DNA of 64,000 bases, from the NCBI GenBank assembly GCA_002269645.1, contig NIVC01001378.1:62001-126000 (forward strand). The letters are read 5' to 3'. Position 1 is the first letter of the stretch. Each line of letters starts with the position of its first letter. Source of the DNA: Macrostomum lignano. Taxonomy: Eukaryota. The notes beneath the pieces are model-generated. The model was given only the letters and a program-made list of their open reading frames with translations. It did no database searches and was not told where the DNA came from. The translations under genes and the position numbers were made by a program. Of the stretch, positions 32,560-44,566 are shown one piece after another.

Positions 32560-33390
32560 GCATCGCGGTACTTTCCGGCGATCGATTTCACCTGATGCAT
32601 CGCGGTCAAACTCGACGATTTCGTCGAGTCTCTTCCTGCCGACCGTCGAACGCGCCCAGCGCCAGCTGGACCAGCTTGTGAGCGTTGCTGCGAGCGTCGG
32701 CCTGGGGGTCAACACGCAGAAGACCGTCGTGCTTCGAATACCGAGACGCTGACAGGCAGGTGTCGAAGCTTCCGCACTGTCAGCAGTTCGTCTGCCTCGG
32801 CGGTCTGCAGACCATGGTGCTTGATGTTCCAGAGGACCTAGCACGTCGCCGTGGACTTGCTTGGGTTGCCTTCCGTTTCGTGAGGGCTGTCCTGCAGTCC
32901 GAGGCCCTGCCTGACCGCCAGAGGGCGGCGTTGTTCAAGGCGGTGATCGAGACCGTCCTGTTGTACAACACCGAGACCTGGACACTGACGGATTCGCTCG
33001 AACAGCAGGTCAATGCGGCGCACGCTGGCCTGTCTTTAAGATCGGCTGCGAGCACGTCACCAATGCGGGCTATATCGCCGCACTGGCCTGTCCCTTCCCA
33101 GCAAACTTTTGCGCCGTCCACGACTCCAGCTGGCAGGCCACATCATCCGAGCCGAGTCCTAAAGTCCACAGCCGGTGCAGGAAGTGCTGCTGCTGTCGCT
33201 GCAGGCACCCTACCGGCGGGACAGGCACGCAGTCTGTGTTTCGTCGACTTCTTGCCGGCTAATGCCGGCGCCCCGGACTCTGCCGGCGGTGCGGCCGGCG
33301 GTTCGCGCCCAGGACCTGAAACGTGTGACGTTGTCCTTGTCTCTCATGACCATGACTCGCTGGAATGGCTGACAGCGCATTTTGTTGTTG
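32560..33390 (+). pseudogene. Decayed 3' fragment of RTE-clade non-LTR retrotransposon
   Basis: Frameshifted RT C-terminus: AQRQLDQLVSVAASVGLGVNTQKT, RRRGLAWVAF and FKAVIETVLLYNTETWTLT; (TTG)n-like tail near 33381. Confidence 0.8.
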
Positions 33391-34179
33391 TATGGAGGGC
33401 ACACCGGCACACCATCATTCCTTATTCAGAGTGTCGCTGTTTCTCCTGCGCTCACTAAGAATATTGTGACGTTGTGTGAAAATCGGTGGCAATAAAGTGC
33501 AACAGTTGAGATTCTGTCCTGGGTTGGTTGGTAGTTTACCCTTCGAATTCGTTGCGACCATTCTTCAAATAGTTGAAAATCATGCAAAGGAAGCACATGA
33601 GAAAATATTCTGCTTTCTGCTCCTGAAGATTGAACCGCTGGATTTTTATTTGTAGTTGCATATCCAGATCCAGACCTGTAGTTGTAAGCTGCGTATTTAT
33701 AAACCATTCTTTTTCTCTGACTATAGTCTCTGATATAGCATGCATCATATCGAATCTTTATAAATTTTTCATTTAGGGTGAAGTGGAGAAGGCATCCTCA
33801 AAAGCATGCGAGCAAATGTACACCCAATGTGCATGCGTTCAGCTTTCAAGTGGGGGGCCTGTTACCCCGTGTGCATCACAGACAAAGAAACAGCACTGAT
33901 TTACCGGGGATCTTCCTTCCCAGTTTATGGCCGCCCGTTAGCGGAGCCCATCCCACGCTAAAAATAGCCCGTTAGCGGGGTCCGCCCCACGGTGGGGTGG
34001 GCTCCCTTAGCGCGGGCCAGCCCACAATGGTTAGGATATGCCATTGCGGGGCTGTGGAGAAGCAGACGCCAGAACTTGACTCGCATTGGTTGTCAAGATA
34101 CATGGCACTAATTCAAAATAGAAAAAAAACTTTTTTTTCGGCTCCATTGAGTGAGAACTAAATGCATTGACCTTGCCAG

Positions 34180-35700
34180 GGCGCTAAAATTGGCGCCCAA
34201 AGGCTGAAATTGGCGCCGGTATATTAAACTTGGCGCCCAGAAGTAGCAAGCTGATATATGCTGCCACTTCTACGCTCGTTGGCACATTCCAGCGCTGATT
34301 TGGGGATCCTGGCGCCGATTTGGTGATCCTGGCGCCAAATTTGACTTTAGGCGCCAAATTGAGCTTTCCCGCGCCAATTTGAGCTATCCTGCGCCGATTT
34401 GAGCTTTCTAGCGCCAATTTGAGCTTTCCAGCGCTAGTTAAGGTCTTCTCAAGCTGATTTCAGCATTCCGGCGCTAATTCGGCGATCCTGGCGCCGATTT
34501 GGTGATCCTGGCGCCAAATTTGACTTCCAGCGCCAATTTGAGCTTTCCCGCGCCGATTTGCGCTATCCTGCGCCGATTTGAGCTTTCTAGCGCTGGTTTA
34601 GGTTTTCTTGAGCTGATTTCAGCATTCCGGCGCTGATTCAGCGATCCTGGCGCCGATTTGATGATCCTGGCGCCGATTCGGCGATCCTGGCGCCAAATTT
34701 GACTTTCGGCCCCAATTTGAGCTTTACCGCGCCAAGTTAAGCTTTCCAGCGCTGGTCCGGGCTTTATGGCGCTGATTTCAGCATTCCAACGCTGATTTGG
34801 CGATCCTCGCGCCGATTTAGTGATCCTGGCGCCAAATTTGACTTTCGGCGCCAAATTGAGCTTTCCCGCGCAAATTTGAGCTATCCTGCGCCGATTTGAG
34901 CTTTCTAGCGCTGATTTGAGCTTTCTAGCGCTGGTTTAGGTTTTCTTGAGCTGATTTCAGCATTCCGGCGCTGATTCAGCGATCCTGGCGCCGATTTGGT
35001 GATCCTGGCGCCAAATTTGACTTCCGGCGCCAATTTGAGCTTTCCCGCGCCTATTTGAGCTTTCCAGCGCTGGTCCGGGCTTTTTAGCGCTGATTTGGCG
35101 ATACTGGCGCCGATTTGGTGATCCTGACGCCAAATTTGACTTCCGGTGCCAATTTGAGCTTTCACGCGCCAATTTTAGCTATCTTGCGCCGATTTGAGCT
35201 TTCCAACGCTGGTCCGGGCTTTTTGGCGCTGTTTTCAGCATTCCGGCTCTTATTCAGCGATCCTGGCGCCGATTTGGTGATCCTGGCGCCAAATTTGACT
35301 TCCCGCGCCAATTTGAGCTATCCTGCGCCGATTTGAGCTTTCTAGCGCTGGTCTGGGCTTTTTGGCGCTGATTTTAGCATTCCGGCGCTGATTCGGTGAT
35401 CCTGGCGCCGACCGGCGCTGATTTGGTGATCCTGGCGCCAAATTTGACTTCCGGCGCCAATTTGAGCTATCCTGCGCCAATTTGAGCTATCCCGCGCCGA
35501 TTTGAGCTTTCTAGCGCTGGTTTCAGCTCTCTAGCGCTGGTTTAGGTTTTCTCGAGCGGATTTCAGCATTCCGGCGCTGATTCGGCGATCCCTGGCGCCG
35601 ATTTGGTAATCCTGGCGCCAAATTTGACTTCCGGCGCCAATTTGAGCTTTCCCGCGCCGATTTGAGCTTTCCAGCGCCGATTTGAGCTTTCCGAGCGTTT
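34180..35700. repeat. Complex GCGCC-rich satellite (~21-24-bp subunits in higher-order arrays)
   Basis: Alternating subunits such as GCGCCGATTTGGTGATCCTG, GCGCCAAATTTGACTTCCG and GCGCCAATTTGAGCTTTCC. Confidence 0.88.
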
Positions 35701-36001
35701 TTGGGCTTTAAGGCATGACTTCAGGGATCGGCGCAGATTTATATCTATTTGGCACTATAAAAATCAAAAGTGTCATTTTCGGACTTGTTATTGTTTATTG
35801 TTTTGTTATTGATTATTTTTCAATAAGGTATACTCCATCTAGATCACTATTTGCTGAGAGTTCAGGATCTACTAAATATCGTTACTCAGCAACATTGAAA
35901 AGTCGCCACTCTATGCGCCAGAGAGTAATATATTATTAGTGAGTGAGTTAAAATATTATAAATAAAAGATATGATATAAACTAATCAAGGTAGCTTTAAT
36001 C

Positions 36002-36202
36002 CAGTGGTTCTCAATCTATGGGTCGCGACCCCCAGTGGGGTTGCGTGACCATTTTCTGGGGGTCGCAGCACGAAGAAATGTGTGAGTTTGTCATACATAA
36101 TAATGCATTACATGTATATTAATTTTAAAAGGGGTCGCGAACATTAAAAATGATGCAAGTGAATAAATTGGGGTCGCCTGAAAAAAAGGTTGAGAACCGC
36201 TG
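36002..36202. mobile_element. hAT (Charlie-type) MITE, 201 bp
   Basis: TIR CAGTGGTTCTCAA / TTGAGAACCGCTG and perfect 8-bp TSD CTTTAATC. Confidence 0.92.
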
Positions 36203-36734
36203 CTTTAATCCGTTCAACCCTCGCACACCGCTCCCCCAATTCATTCCTCAACTCAAGTCTGCCGCGTGGCGTTGCGTCACTCGCAAAGATTGAGAGACTT
36301 CACCTGCACTTTCAAAAGTGACGACCACAGACTTCTGTGATGGCGACTTTTCGATGTTGCTGAGATTTACGAAGTTATTATAATTAACTTATGATTTACT
36401 TTCACTACTTAATTGTGTAATGCCTTTGTCTTAATCTTTAACCCACTCGATGCACTGTTAGTGATGAGTTATGTTGCCACACAGAATCGCCCATATCGCT
36501 TTTATCGCTTTTTATCACCTTCCTCCAGGTCATTCAGTCATGCTACTCTCGTCCTACCCTATAGGTAGTCTGTATCTCTACCTATTGTCCTATCTCGCGA
36601 TCCTCTCCTTTACAGTATATCCCACAAGGTGTAGTATATATAATGTTTGAAAGAATATTTGATGTTTGATGTTTGAATGTCTAAATGTTTGAAAGACTGC
36701 CAGAAATCATAGAACCTAGAAAAGCTCATTTTTA

Positions 36735-38420
36735 ATCTCAATCCCCGATTCCGAATTCCATATCCCTGATTCCTCGTTTTGGAACCCGAATCCACGATTC
36801 CTAATTCCATATCCCTGATTCCTCATGTTGGAACCCGAATCCACGATTCCTAATTCCATATCCCTGATTCCTCATGTTGGAATCCGAATCCACGATTCCT
36901 AATTCCATATCCCTGATTCCTCATTTTGAAACCCGAATCCACAATTTCTAATTCCATATCCCTGATTCCTCGTTTTGGAACCCGAATCCACGATTCCTAA
37001 TTCCATATCCCTGATTCCTCATGTTGGAATCCGAATCCACGATTCCTAATTCCATATCCCTGATTCCTCATTTTGAAACCCGAATCCACAATTTCTAATT
37101 CCATATCCCTGATTCCTCGTTTTGGAACCCGAATCCACGATTCCTAATTCCATATCCCTGATTCCTCGTTTTGGAATCCGAATCCACGATTCCTAATTCC
37201 ATATCCCTGATTCCTCATGTTGGAATCCGAATCCACGATTCCTAATTCCATATCCCTGATTCCTCATTTTGAAACCCGAATCCACAATTTCTAATTCCAT
37301 ATCCCTGATTCCTCGTTTTGGAACCCGAATCCACGATTCCTAATTCCATATCCCAGATTCCTCGTTTTGGAATCCGAATCCACGATTCCTAATTCCCTAT
37401 CGCTGATTCCTCATGTTGGAATCCGAATTCACGATTCCTAATTCCATATCCCTGATTCCTCATGTTGGAATCCGAATCCACGATTCCTAATTCCATATCC
37501 CTGATTCCTCATGTTGGAATCCGAATCCACGATTCCTAATTCCATATCCCTGATTCCTCATTTTGAAACCCGAATCCACAATTTCTAATTCCATATCCCT
37601 GATTCCTCGTTTTGGAACCCGAATCCACGATTCCTAATTCCATATCCCTGATTCCTCGTTTTGGAATCCGAATCCACGATTCCTAATTCCCTATCCCTGA
37701 TTCCTCATGTTGGAATCCGAATTCACGATTCCTAATTCCATATCCCTGATTCCTCATGTTGGAATCCGAATCCACGATTCTTAATTCCCTTTCCAGAAGG
37801 GCATATGGCACCTTTTGCAAGAAACTTGAAAGACTGGATCGTCTATCATAATTCATAAGGCAGAGAGGAGCTTATTATGGCACCTTTTTCTAAATGTTTG
37901 AAAGACTGCCAGCTATCATAGAACCGTGAGAAGCTCATTTTTTAATCTCAATCCCCGATTCCGAATCCCTATCCCTGATTCCTCATGTTGGAATCCGAAT
38001 CCACAATTTCTAATTCCATATCCCTGATTCCTCATGTTGGAATCCGAATCCACAATTTCTAATTCCATATCCCTGATTCCTCATGTTGGAATCTGAATCC
38101 ACAATTCCTAATTCCATATCCCTGATTCCTCATGTTGGAATCCGAATCCACAATTTCTAATTCCATATCCCTGATTCCTCATGTTGGAATCCGAATCCAC
38201 AATTTCTAATTCCATATCCCTGATTCCTCATGTTGGAATCTGAATCCACAATTCCTAATTCCATATCCCTGATTCCTCATGTTGGAATCCGAATCCACAA
38301 TTCCTAATTCCATATCCCTGATTCCTCATGTTGGAATCCGAATCCACGATTCTTAATTCCATATCCCTGATTCCTCATGTTGGAATCCGAATCCACGATT
38401 TCTAATTACTTATCCCTGAT
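36735..38420. repeat. 49-bp minisatellite in two blocks with duplicated leader
   Basis: Unit CATATCCCTGATTCCTCATGTTGGAATCCGAATCCACGATTCCTAATTC. The leader sequence at about 36680-36760 is repeated at about 37870-37960. Confidence 0.93.
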
Positions 38421-38744
38421 AAGATGCACTTGTTTATATCCCTCAGAGGGGAATGGTGAGGGGAAGCTTCTGACGTTCTAGTTTCTTTAGCTATACAATT
38501 AAATATAGATGTAGTCTTCGCATAAATATTTATGGCACCTTTTATCGAAAGGTTTGAAAGCCTTTAATCGGTTTTTGGTAGAAGAAAATGACAAGTCAAA
38601 GTGGCTGTCAAAACATAAACTCAAGCCAGACTTGTCCACAAACGTGTCCGCAAAATTCGGCAAAAAGCCTTGGGACTGCGCCTGTATGTGTATTCTAATA
38701 TCAAAACACAGCTAATAAAAGCAAAAAAAGAAGCGTCATGTATA

Positions 38745-39200
38745 AATGAAAGAAGCGTCATGCAAACGATCATAGAAGCGTCATGTAAACGATCATAGAA
38801 GCGTCATGTCAACAATCATGGAAGCGTCATGTAAAAAAGCATAGAAGCGTCCGGTAAAAATCATACAAGCATAATGTAATAAATCATAGAAGCGTCCTGT
38901 AAACAATCATAGAAGCGTCATGTAAAAAATCATAGAAGCGTCATGTAAACAATCATAGAAGCGTCATGTAAAAAATCATAGAAGCGTCATGTAAACAATC
39001 ATAGAAGCGTCATGTAAAAAATCATAGAAGCGTCATGTAAACAATCATATAAGCGTCATGTAAACAATCATAGAAGCGTCATGTAAACAATCATAGAAGC
39101 GTCATGTAAACAATCATAGAAGCGTCATGTAAACAATCATATAAGAGTCATGTAAACAATCATAGAAGCGTCACGTAAAAATCATAAAAGCGTCCGGTAA
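38745..39200. repeat. 23-bp minisatellite
   Basis: Unit AATCATAGAAGCGTCATGTAAAC. Confidence 0.93.
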
Positions 39201-40150
39201 AAATAACAGAGGCGTGATGTAGAAAAGAAAATGAGCTTTATGTAAAAATGAAAAAAGTAAAAAAATGTAAAAAAATAGAAGCATTACGTAAAAATCAATA
39301 AGCATCATGTAAAAAGAAGCGTCATGTCAAAAAGTAGCGTCATTTCAAAATAAAAGAAGAGTCACGTGAAACTGTGCTGTGACTCTTGAGGAGAATTACT
39401 AAGATGTTAAGGCTCACGGGGAATAACTGAGATGTACTCGTAAATGCTTATGAGGGATTTTTGAGATGTCTAGGTAAAATTCAGAAGCTACATGTAGTTT
39501 ATTCACTTTTTTATTACATTCTTTGTTAGTTCCCCACGAGGGGCGCTAATAGAAGAAGCGTCATTTTAAACAGATGAAAGTAGATATAAAAGAAGAGTCA
39601 TGTCGAAGTTAGGAGATTCATTTGGGAATCGCTACGATGTCAAGGCTTGGAGGAATTGCTATAATGCTGTAATGTTATAATGACTCTTGGGGAGAATTAC
39701 TAAAATGGCAATGCTTTAGGGTTAGGGTTAGGGTTGACAGATTTTTTAAGATTTCAAGGCTTATGGGGGTCATCGCTCAGATTTCAAGGGGGAGTTTGAT
39801 ATGTTAAGACTTGTGGGGGGAGGAATTGCTGAGATGTCAACGCTTACAAGCGATTGCTGAGGTTATTGCAAAGAGACACTACAATCTACATGTAGTTTAT
39901 TAAAAAAACTCGTACTGCATCTTTGGCTCCCCAAGGGGGGCGCTGATTGCTAGTTAAATTCTGAAAATATGAACCACGAAAAGACAGGAGCAGTTGAAAC
40001 TGAAAAATAACAAAACTTAGTTCGTATCATATCGGCCATCGGGTGTTTCATAGTCTAAATCTGGGATAAAAGTAATCAAACTGGTTTTAAATAAACATTC
40101 ATCTGCTTCTCATTTTCTATTAATGTTGCTATGGTGACCAAAGTATCCAG

Positions 40151-40342
40151 GCGATATCCAAGTGCAGGTTTGTGGTGCCCCTATGACATCGCAGCGGCCA
40201 GGCCATAGGCGTTGTACATCCTGGGCTCCAGGTCCGGCTGGACAAAGAATGCCGGCAGCCGAGTGGCCAGGCGGCAATCTCGCCCTCTGCACTCCGGCAA
40301 CGGCAGAGCGCGCTAGAAGCCCTCGTAGCGATCGGGCAGAAT
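40151..40342 (-). pseudogene. Decayed exon of a KDM3/JMJD1-family JmjC histone demethylase
   Basis: After acceptor ctcatccag it reads [50 protein letters not shown], then frameshifts into GTTNLHLDIA. This matches the KDM3 motif LPLPEY...LASRLP...FVRPDLGPKMYNAYGL...GTTNLHLDV. One stop and one frameshift. Confidence 0.82.
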
Positions 40343-41951
40343 CTGGATGAGAGTGCAAAATGTGTTTTTGACTGGTTAGTTTCGTTGCTTCGATACATGT
40401 CGGCTGTTTTGTGATATTAATTTACAGTTTCTAAGGTTGTAACTTGTTTCATCAATGATTTAACGGCCCAGCCTTGCTTGCGTCAAAAACTGTAGAATTT
40501 TAGCAAAGTAAATCAGTATGTCGATTACTAGCCAAGGTAAATTCTAGTACCTAGGAAGAAGTACCTAGGTATCCAGGTAATAAAAGTTCCTAGGGAGCGC
40601 TGGGAGGAGTGGCGCTCCCACCAGACCCCTAAATCCGCGCCCCTGGCTACAGCTGTTGCGAAATATTTTAAAAGTGTCATTTTTAGTCAGTTCAGTATAC
40701 TTCAGTATTTCTGTTTTACTGAACTTTTATACTTCGCAATTCAATTTACGAGGGGTGTTAATTCAGAAGTACAATTCAGAATTTACGATACAGTTGTAAT
40801 CAGATAAGGATTTATGGATTCCGACTGGGGCTATTTGTTTTAGACGAGTCAATTATGGATGGAATGTGCTTATCTGTTGTGGTAGGATGCAATGACTCAC
40901 TAGGCGGCGCCGCCAAGCATCAGAACGTGGCCGCCGGCCGGCCATCGTCGCGGAACGCCATCTTAGCGGACAAAATCAGCGATGGCCTCGTTCAGCAGGG
41001 GAGGTGAACAGCGTCCCGAGTAGCCAAACCACGGCTAGCCAGCCATGAGGTCTGCTGGCAGCGGATTCTGTCACCTGCGGGTTGATTGCGGCGGATTGCG
41101 TTTAGTGCAACCTGAGCAACTGTAAATTAAAATCACAAAACAGCCGATATGTATCGAAGGGCGATATTTTTTCAGAAAGGGTATCAGAGCATCGCTTTTA
41201 ACCGATACTTTTTCTGAGTATCGTGCCCAACACTGGGTAATTATTATCCCTTTTTAATTGTTTCTTTTCTACCATTTTTGTTTTATTTTCAAAGTTTTAT
41301 CTTAAATACGAGCGGGTCCGAAAGATCAGTTTGCTCTAGTGTAAACAGAATTCCAAACAATATTATCGCTTTGCATAAAATGCTAACATTCAGTATCTAT
41401 TTGTACTCCAGCATAAGATCAATTTATTTGACTACTTTACTCTTTATTTGACTTCCTAAACTAGAAAAGGAAATAAGATCATACAGCAACTACAGTTCAA
41501 GTATTTCAGGGCCAATGAAGTGCCAAAGGAGGCGCCAGATTGCCAGAATTTAACGAACGTGAGATTTTGAATATCCGCGTGAATTTAAATTTTGTTCAAA
41601 TTCCTAATTTTTTTAACTTTGTGCGGAAATTCAAAATTTATTTTTCCGCCTTTTTTGACAATATTTACAAACGGATGCAGTATACGAGTATTCTGAAAAT
41701 AAAGATAACTGCTAAAGGACAAGTCCAATCTATAGAAATTAGAAAACTGGGACTCAGCGATTCTGCGAATTAGGAAATTAGCCTGTCTGTCAATTTTAGA
41801 ATATCTCGCTTAGTACCTTACTTTGCTAAGTTTGTTTTTTTTAAATCTTTTTCGTTTGAAACGAAAATGGATGGCTAGTCGTCCTCACTTCTTGCGCCTG
41901 TACTATTTTTCTTTGACCATATTTCCACCTTTAAGGTTTTGGAAGAATATA

Positions 41952-43135
41952 CGAGGGCTGCTTAATAAGTTCGCGGAAAACCAAACTTATCTTCAAGCGA
42001 ATCAAACGAAATTTTATGAACTTTTTCCTTCAGATATTGGCACCTTTCACACAAATTTTCAGCCAGTTTGGCCAAAATGTTGCGACGCAGTGGCCGAGGA
42101 AGAGATGAAACCCCCGCTCCAGTGCTGCGCCTGACTGAGCGCGACAGTCGAGTCGCAATTCTGGTCCAATTCCGGCTTGGCCTGTCTGCCTCCGAATGCT
42201 TGCAGACGCTTCAAAAAGCCCTTGAGAGTGAAGCCCCATCCCAGACGATGGTGTACAAGTGGTTCGGTCGATTCCGCTCCGGCTGTCTAGAGCTGGACGA
42301 TGATGAACGTGAAGGCCGTCCAAATTCGTCCATCTCGGACACAACTGTGGCCAGTGTCCGAAAGCTGCTCGATGCAGACCGCCGAGTGACGATTCGGGAA
42401 ATCGAAAAACATGTCGGGATTTCGGATTCAAGCGTCATTACTATCTTGCACGATCACCTCGGCATGAGGAAGGTGTCAGCTCGCTGGGTCCCTCATCAAC
42501 TGAAGCCGGCTCAGATGCAGGCCCGCGTGGATTTGGCGAACTTCATGCTCGACAAGTTCGACGCAGGCGCCTCAAATTTGGTGGACGGCATCCTCACAGG
42601 TGATGAAACGTGGGTGTACTTTTATGATCCCGAGACAAAAGTACAGAGCAAGCAGTGGGTCGCCTTTGAGGAGGATTCGCCCTTGAAATTTCGTCGCGAG
42701 CGAAGCGTCGGCAAAGTGATGGCTGCGGTGTTTTTCCGTCGGTGCGGAATTCTGCCGCCCGTTCTGCTCGAGGAGGGAGCCACAGTGACTGGCAGCTGGT
42801 ACTCCAGTGTCTGCCTGCCGCAGGTGCTGGAATTCCTGCGTCGAGAGCGGCCAAAGACCAAAGATCGCGGCATTTTCCTGCACCACGACAACGCGCCCGC
42901 TCACAGAGCCAGTGTCACGCAGCAGTTCTTGGCATCAACTGAGCTGACTCTGCTGCCGCATCCGGCCTACTGAGGGACTGCTTTGCGGCGTGGTTTCATC
43001 GGATGAAGAAATGCGTTGATCTGGCTGGGGACTATGTTGAGAAGTGCCATTAGGTTGGGCTAAGTGTGTGTAAAATTTCACGACTGTGCGATAACTATAA
43101 GTATGTTTTTCCGCGAACTTATTAAGCAGCCCTCG
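41952..43135 (+). mobile_element. Mariner element with internal deletion
   Basis: Perfect ~29-bp TIR CGAGGGCTGCTTAATAAGTTCGCGGAAAA with TA TSD on both sides; 1184 bp. Confidence 0.95.
42068..42973 (+). pseudogene. Mariner transposase truncated before third catalytic Asp
   Basis: HTH region, WVPHQL, GDETW and HHDNAPAH present. The ORF ends HPAY* and the SPDLAPxD motif is absent; the C-terminus DCFAAWFHRMKKCVDLAGDYVEK follows out of frame. Confidence 0.88.
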
Positions 43136-43816
43136 TAAGATTCCTAGCATATTGCAATTATAAGCTAGACATAAAAGAAAATACAATGAGTACAATGCAA
43201 ATTAAGAACCAACGTTTGCTTACCTTTGGAATAAAGAAATAACGAAAGCCTTACGAGCGTATTAAGAATAAATCTCAAGATCTTAAAGATTCAACTGAGT
43301 CAAATAGTTTGATAAATGATATGTATTAAAAAGTAGAAACTATACGTTGAATGAAACGCGTTTCTTTAAAGAATACAATTCCTTGCAGCTTAAAACGAAA
43401 TGCGTTCTAGGAGTTTTTTAATTTTGGGAGAGTTGGGAAAGACAAAGAGCCGTCTTCATCCAGCATACATTAATATACGAGAAATGAGTCACGGATGTGC
43501 AGTGTTTTCAGCTAGCTTCATTGCTAGTACAGTGCTAGTACGCTAGTGCGCACTGGCGTTCCACACTCACCCAACACCCACCCCACCTCTCCCTCTCCGC
43601 TCGTGGGCTGGCCCCCGCTAAGGGAGCCCATCCCACCATGGGCTGGGTCCCGTTAACGGGCTATTTTTAGCGTGGGATGGGCTCCGCTAGCGGCGGGCCG
43701 TTAGGTGTCCTTCCCCTTCGAAGGGTTTTTCTCCTGTCTAGGACAAAAAAACTTCCAAGCCTTGTGAAGAGCCTGCCCACCTCAAACCCCGCTTAGTCAG
43801 TGGGACTGAGATAGGG

Positions 43817-43863
43817 CAGGGAATACTCTACATACTCTCATACTCTATGTAGAGTATTCCCTG
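43817..43863. mobile_element. 47-bp minimal foldback element (P-like CAGGG ends)
   Basis: 18-bp perfect TIR CAGGGAATACTCTACATA, 11-nt spacer, and 7-bp direct repeat GATAGGG on both sides. Confidence 0.65.
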
Positions 43864-44185
43864 GATAGGGAAAGGCAGGCCGTTTAAACAAGCTAAAATG
43901 ACTCGGCCCGGTTGTGTCCGCTTTCGACCCACGAAAAAGTGAGCCTTCTCTTCCAGTTAGTTATCTAGAATTCTATGGTTTGTCCATGGGGCAGCTGTTC
44001 CTTCGTTATTCAAGCCCAACCCCGAAACTGCCACGTGGCACAAAAAGCCAGATGGCGCCCCTCCCTACCAAATCCTGCTCTATAAAAGAAAGTAGAAAAA
44101 TTCGCTCAAAATCCCAACGAGCCAAGGACAACAGGAAGCAACCCAAGCGTCCTCGGTTGCTACACTTCGCGCGCAGATCCAGCGC

Positions 44186-44566
44186 ATGCGCCTGGAAGGA
44201 CAGCAGGCCGGGCTTCCACTGACGCAGGTGCTTGACACCGTGGCCAGGGCCGTGTGCGTGGCGACTGCTTATACGCCGCGGCGGCTGATGACGAACGCCC
44301 GGATTGATGAAATCAGGACGGTGTGCCGGGCGGAGGGAATTAATCTACTCGGACGACACGGGACGGGGGTACGAGCGACGGCGTGGAGACTACCATCCGA
44401 CCGCCGCTGCACTTCTTTGGACGGTGCTGGCTACTGCCGTCACTTGGAGTCCGATGGCTCCGTGTCCATTGAGAGTGTGGCCAGATTCCGGGTAGACGAG
44501 ACTGCGAATAGTTTTAAGATGGTATACATGCGCGCTCCGCCGCGGGTGCGTCGCCGAGATCCTTAA
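44186..44566 (+). CDS. 126-aa ORF of unknown function inside right TIR
   Basis: TATAAAAG at 44081 lies upstream and this is the first ATG after it; AATAAA lies at 44803. The left-TIR counterpart (about 31018-31395, minus) has a 1-nt deletion. No recognised domain. Confidence 0.35.
   Translation: MRLEGQQAGLPLTQVLDTVARAVCVATAYTPRRLMTNARIDEIRTVCRAEGINLLGRHGTGVRATAWRLPSDRRCTSLDGAGYCRHLESDGSVSIESVARFRVDETANSFKMVYMRAPPRVRRRDP

Noticed and set aside
39716-39735. (TTAGGG)3 telomere-like repeat
   Set aside because: Only three units inside a degenerate repeat; too short to indicate an interstitial telomere.
40900-41090. Possible second KDM3 exon (DDGRP...PPSE)
   Set aside because: Similarity is weak and broken by stops; it needs an alignment search.
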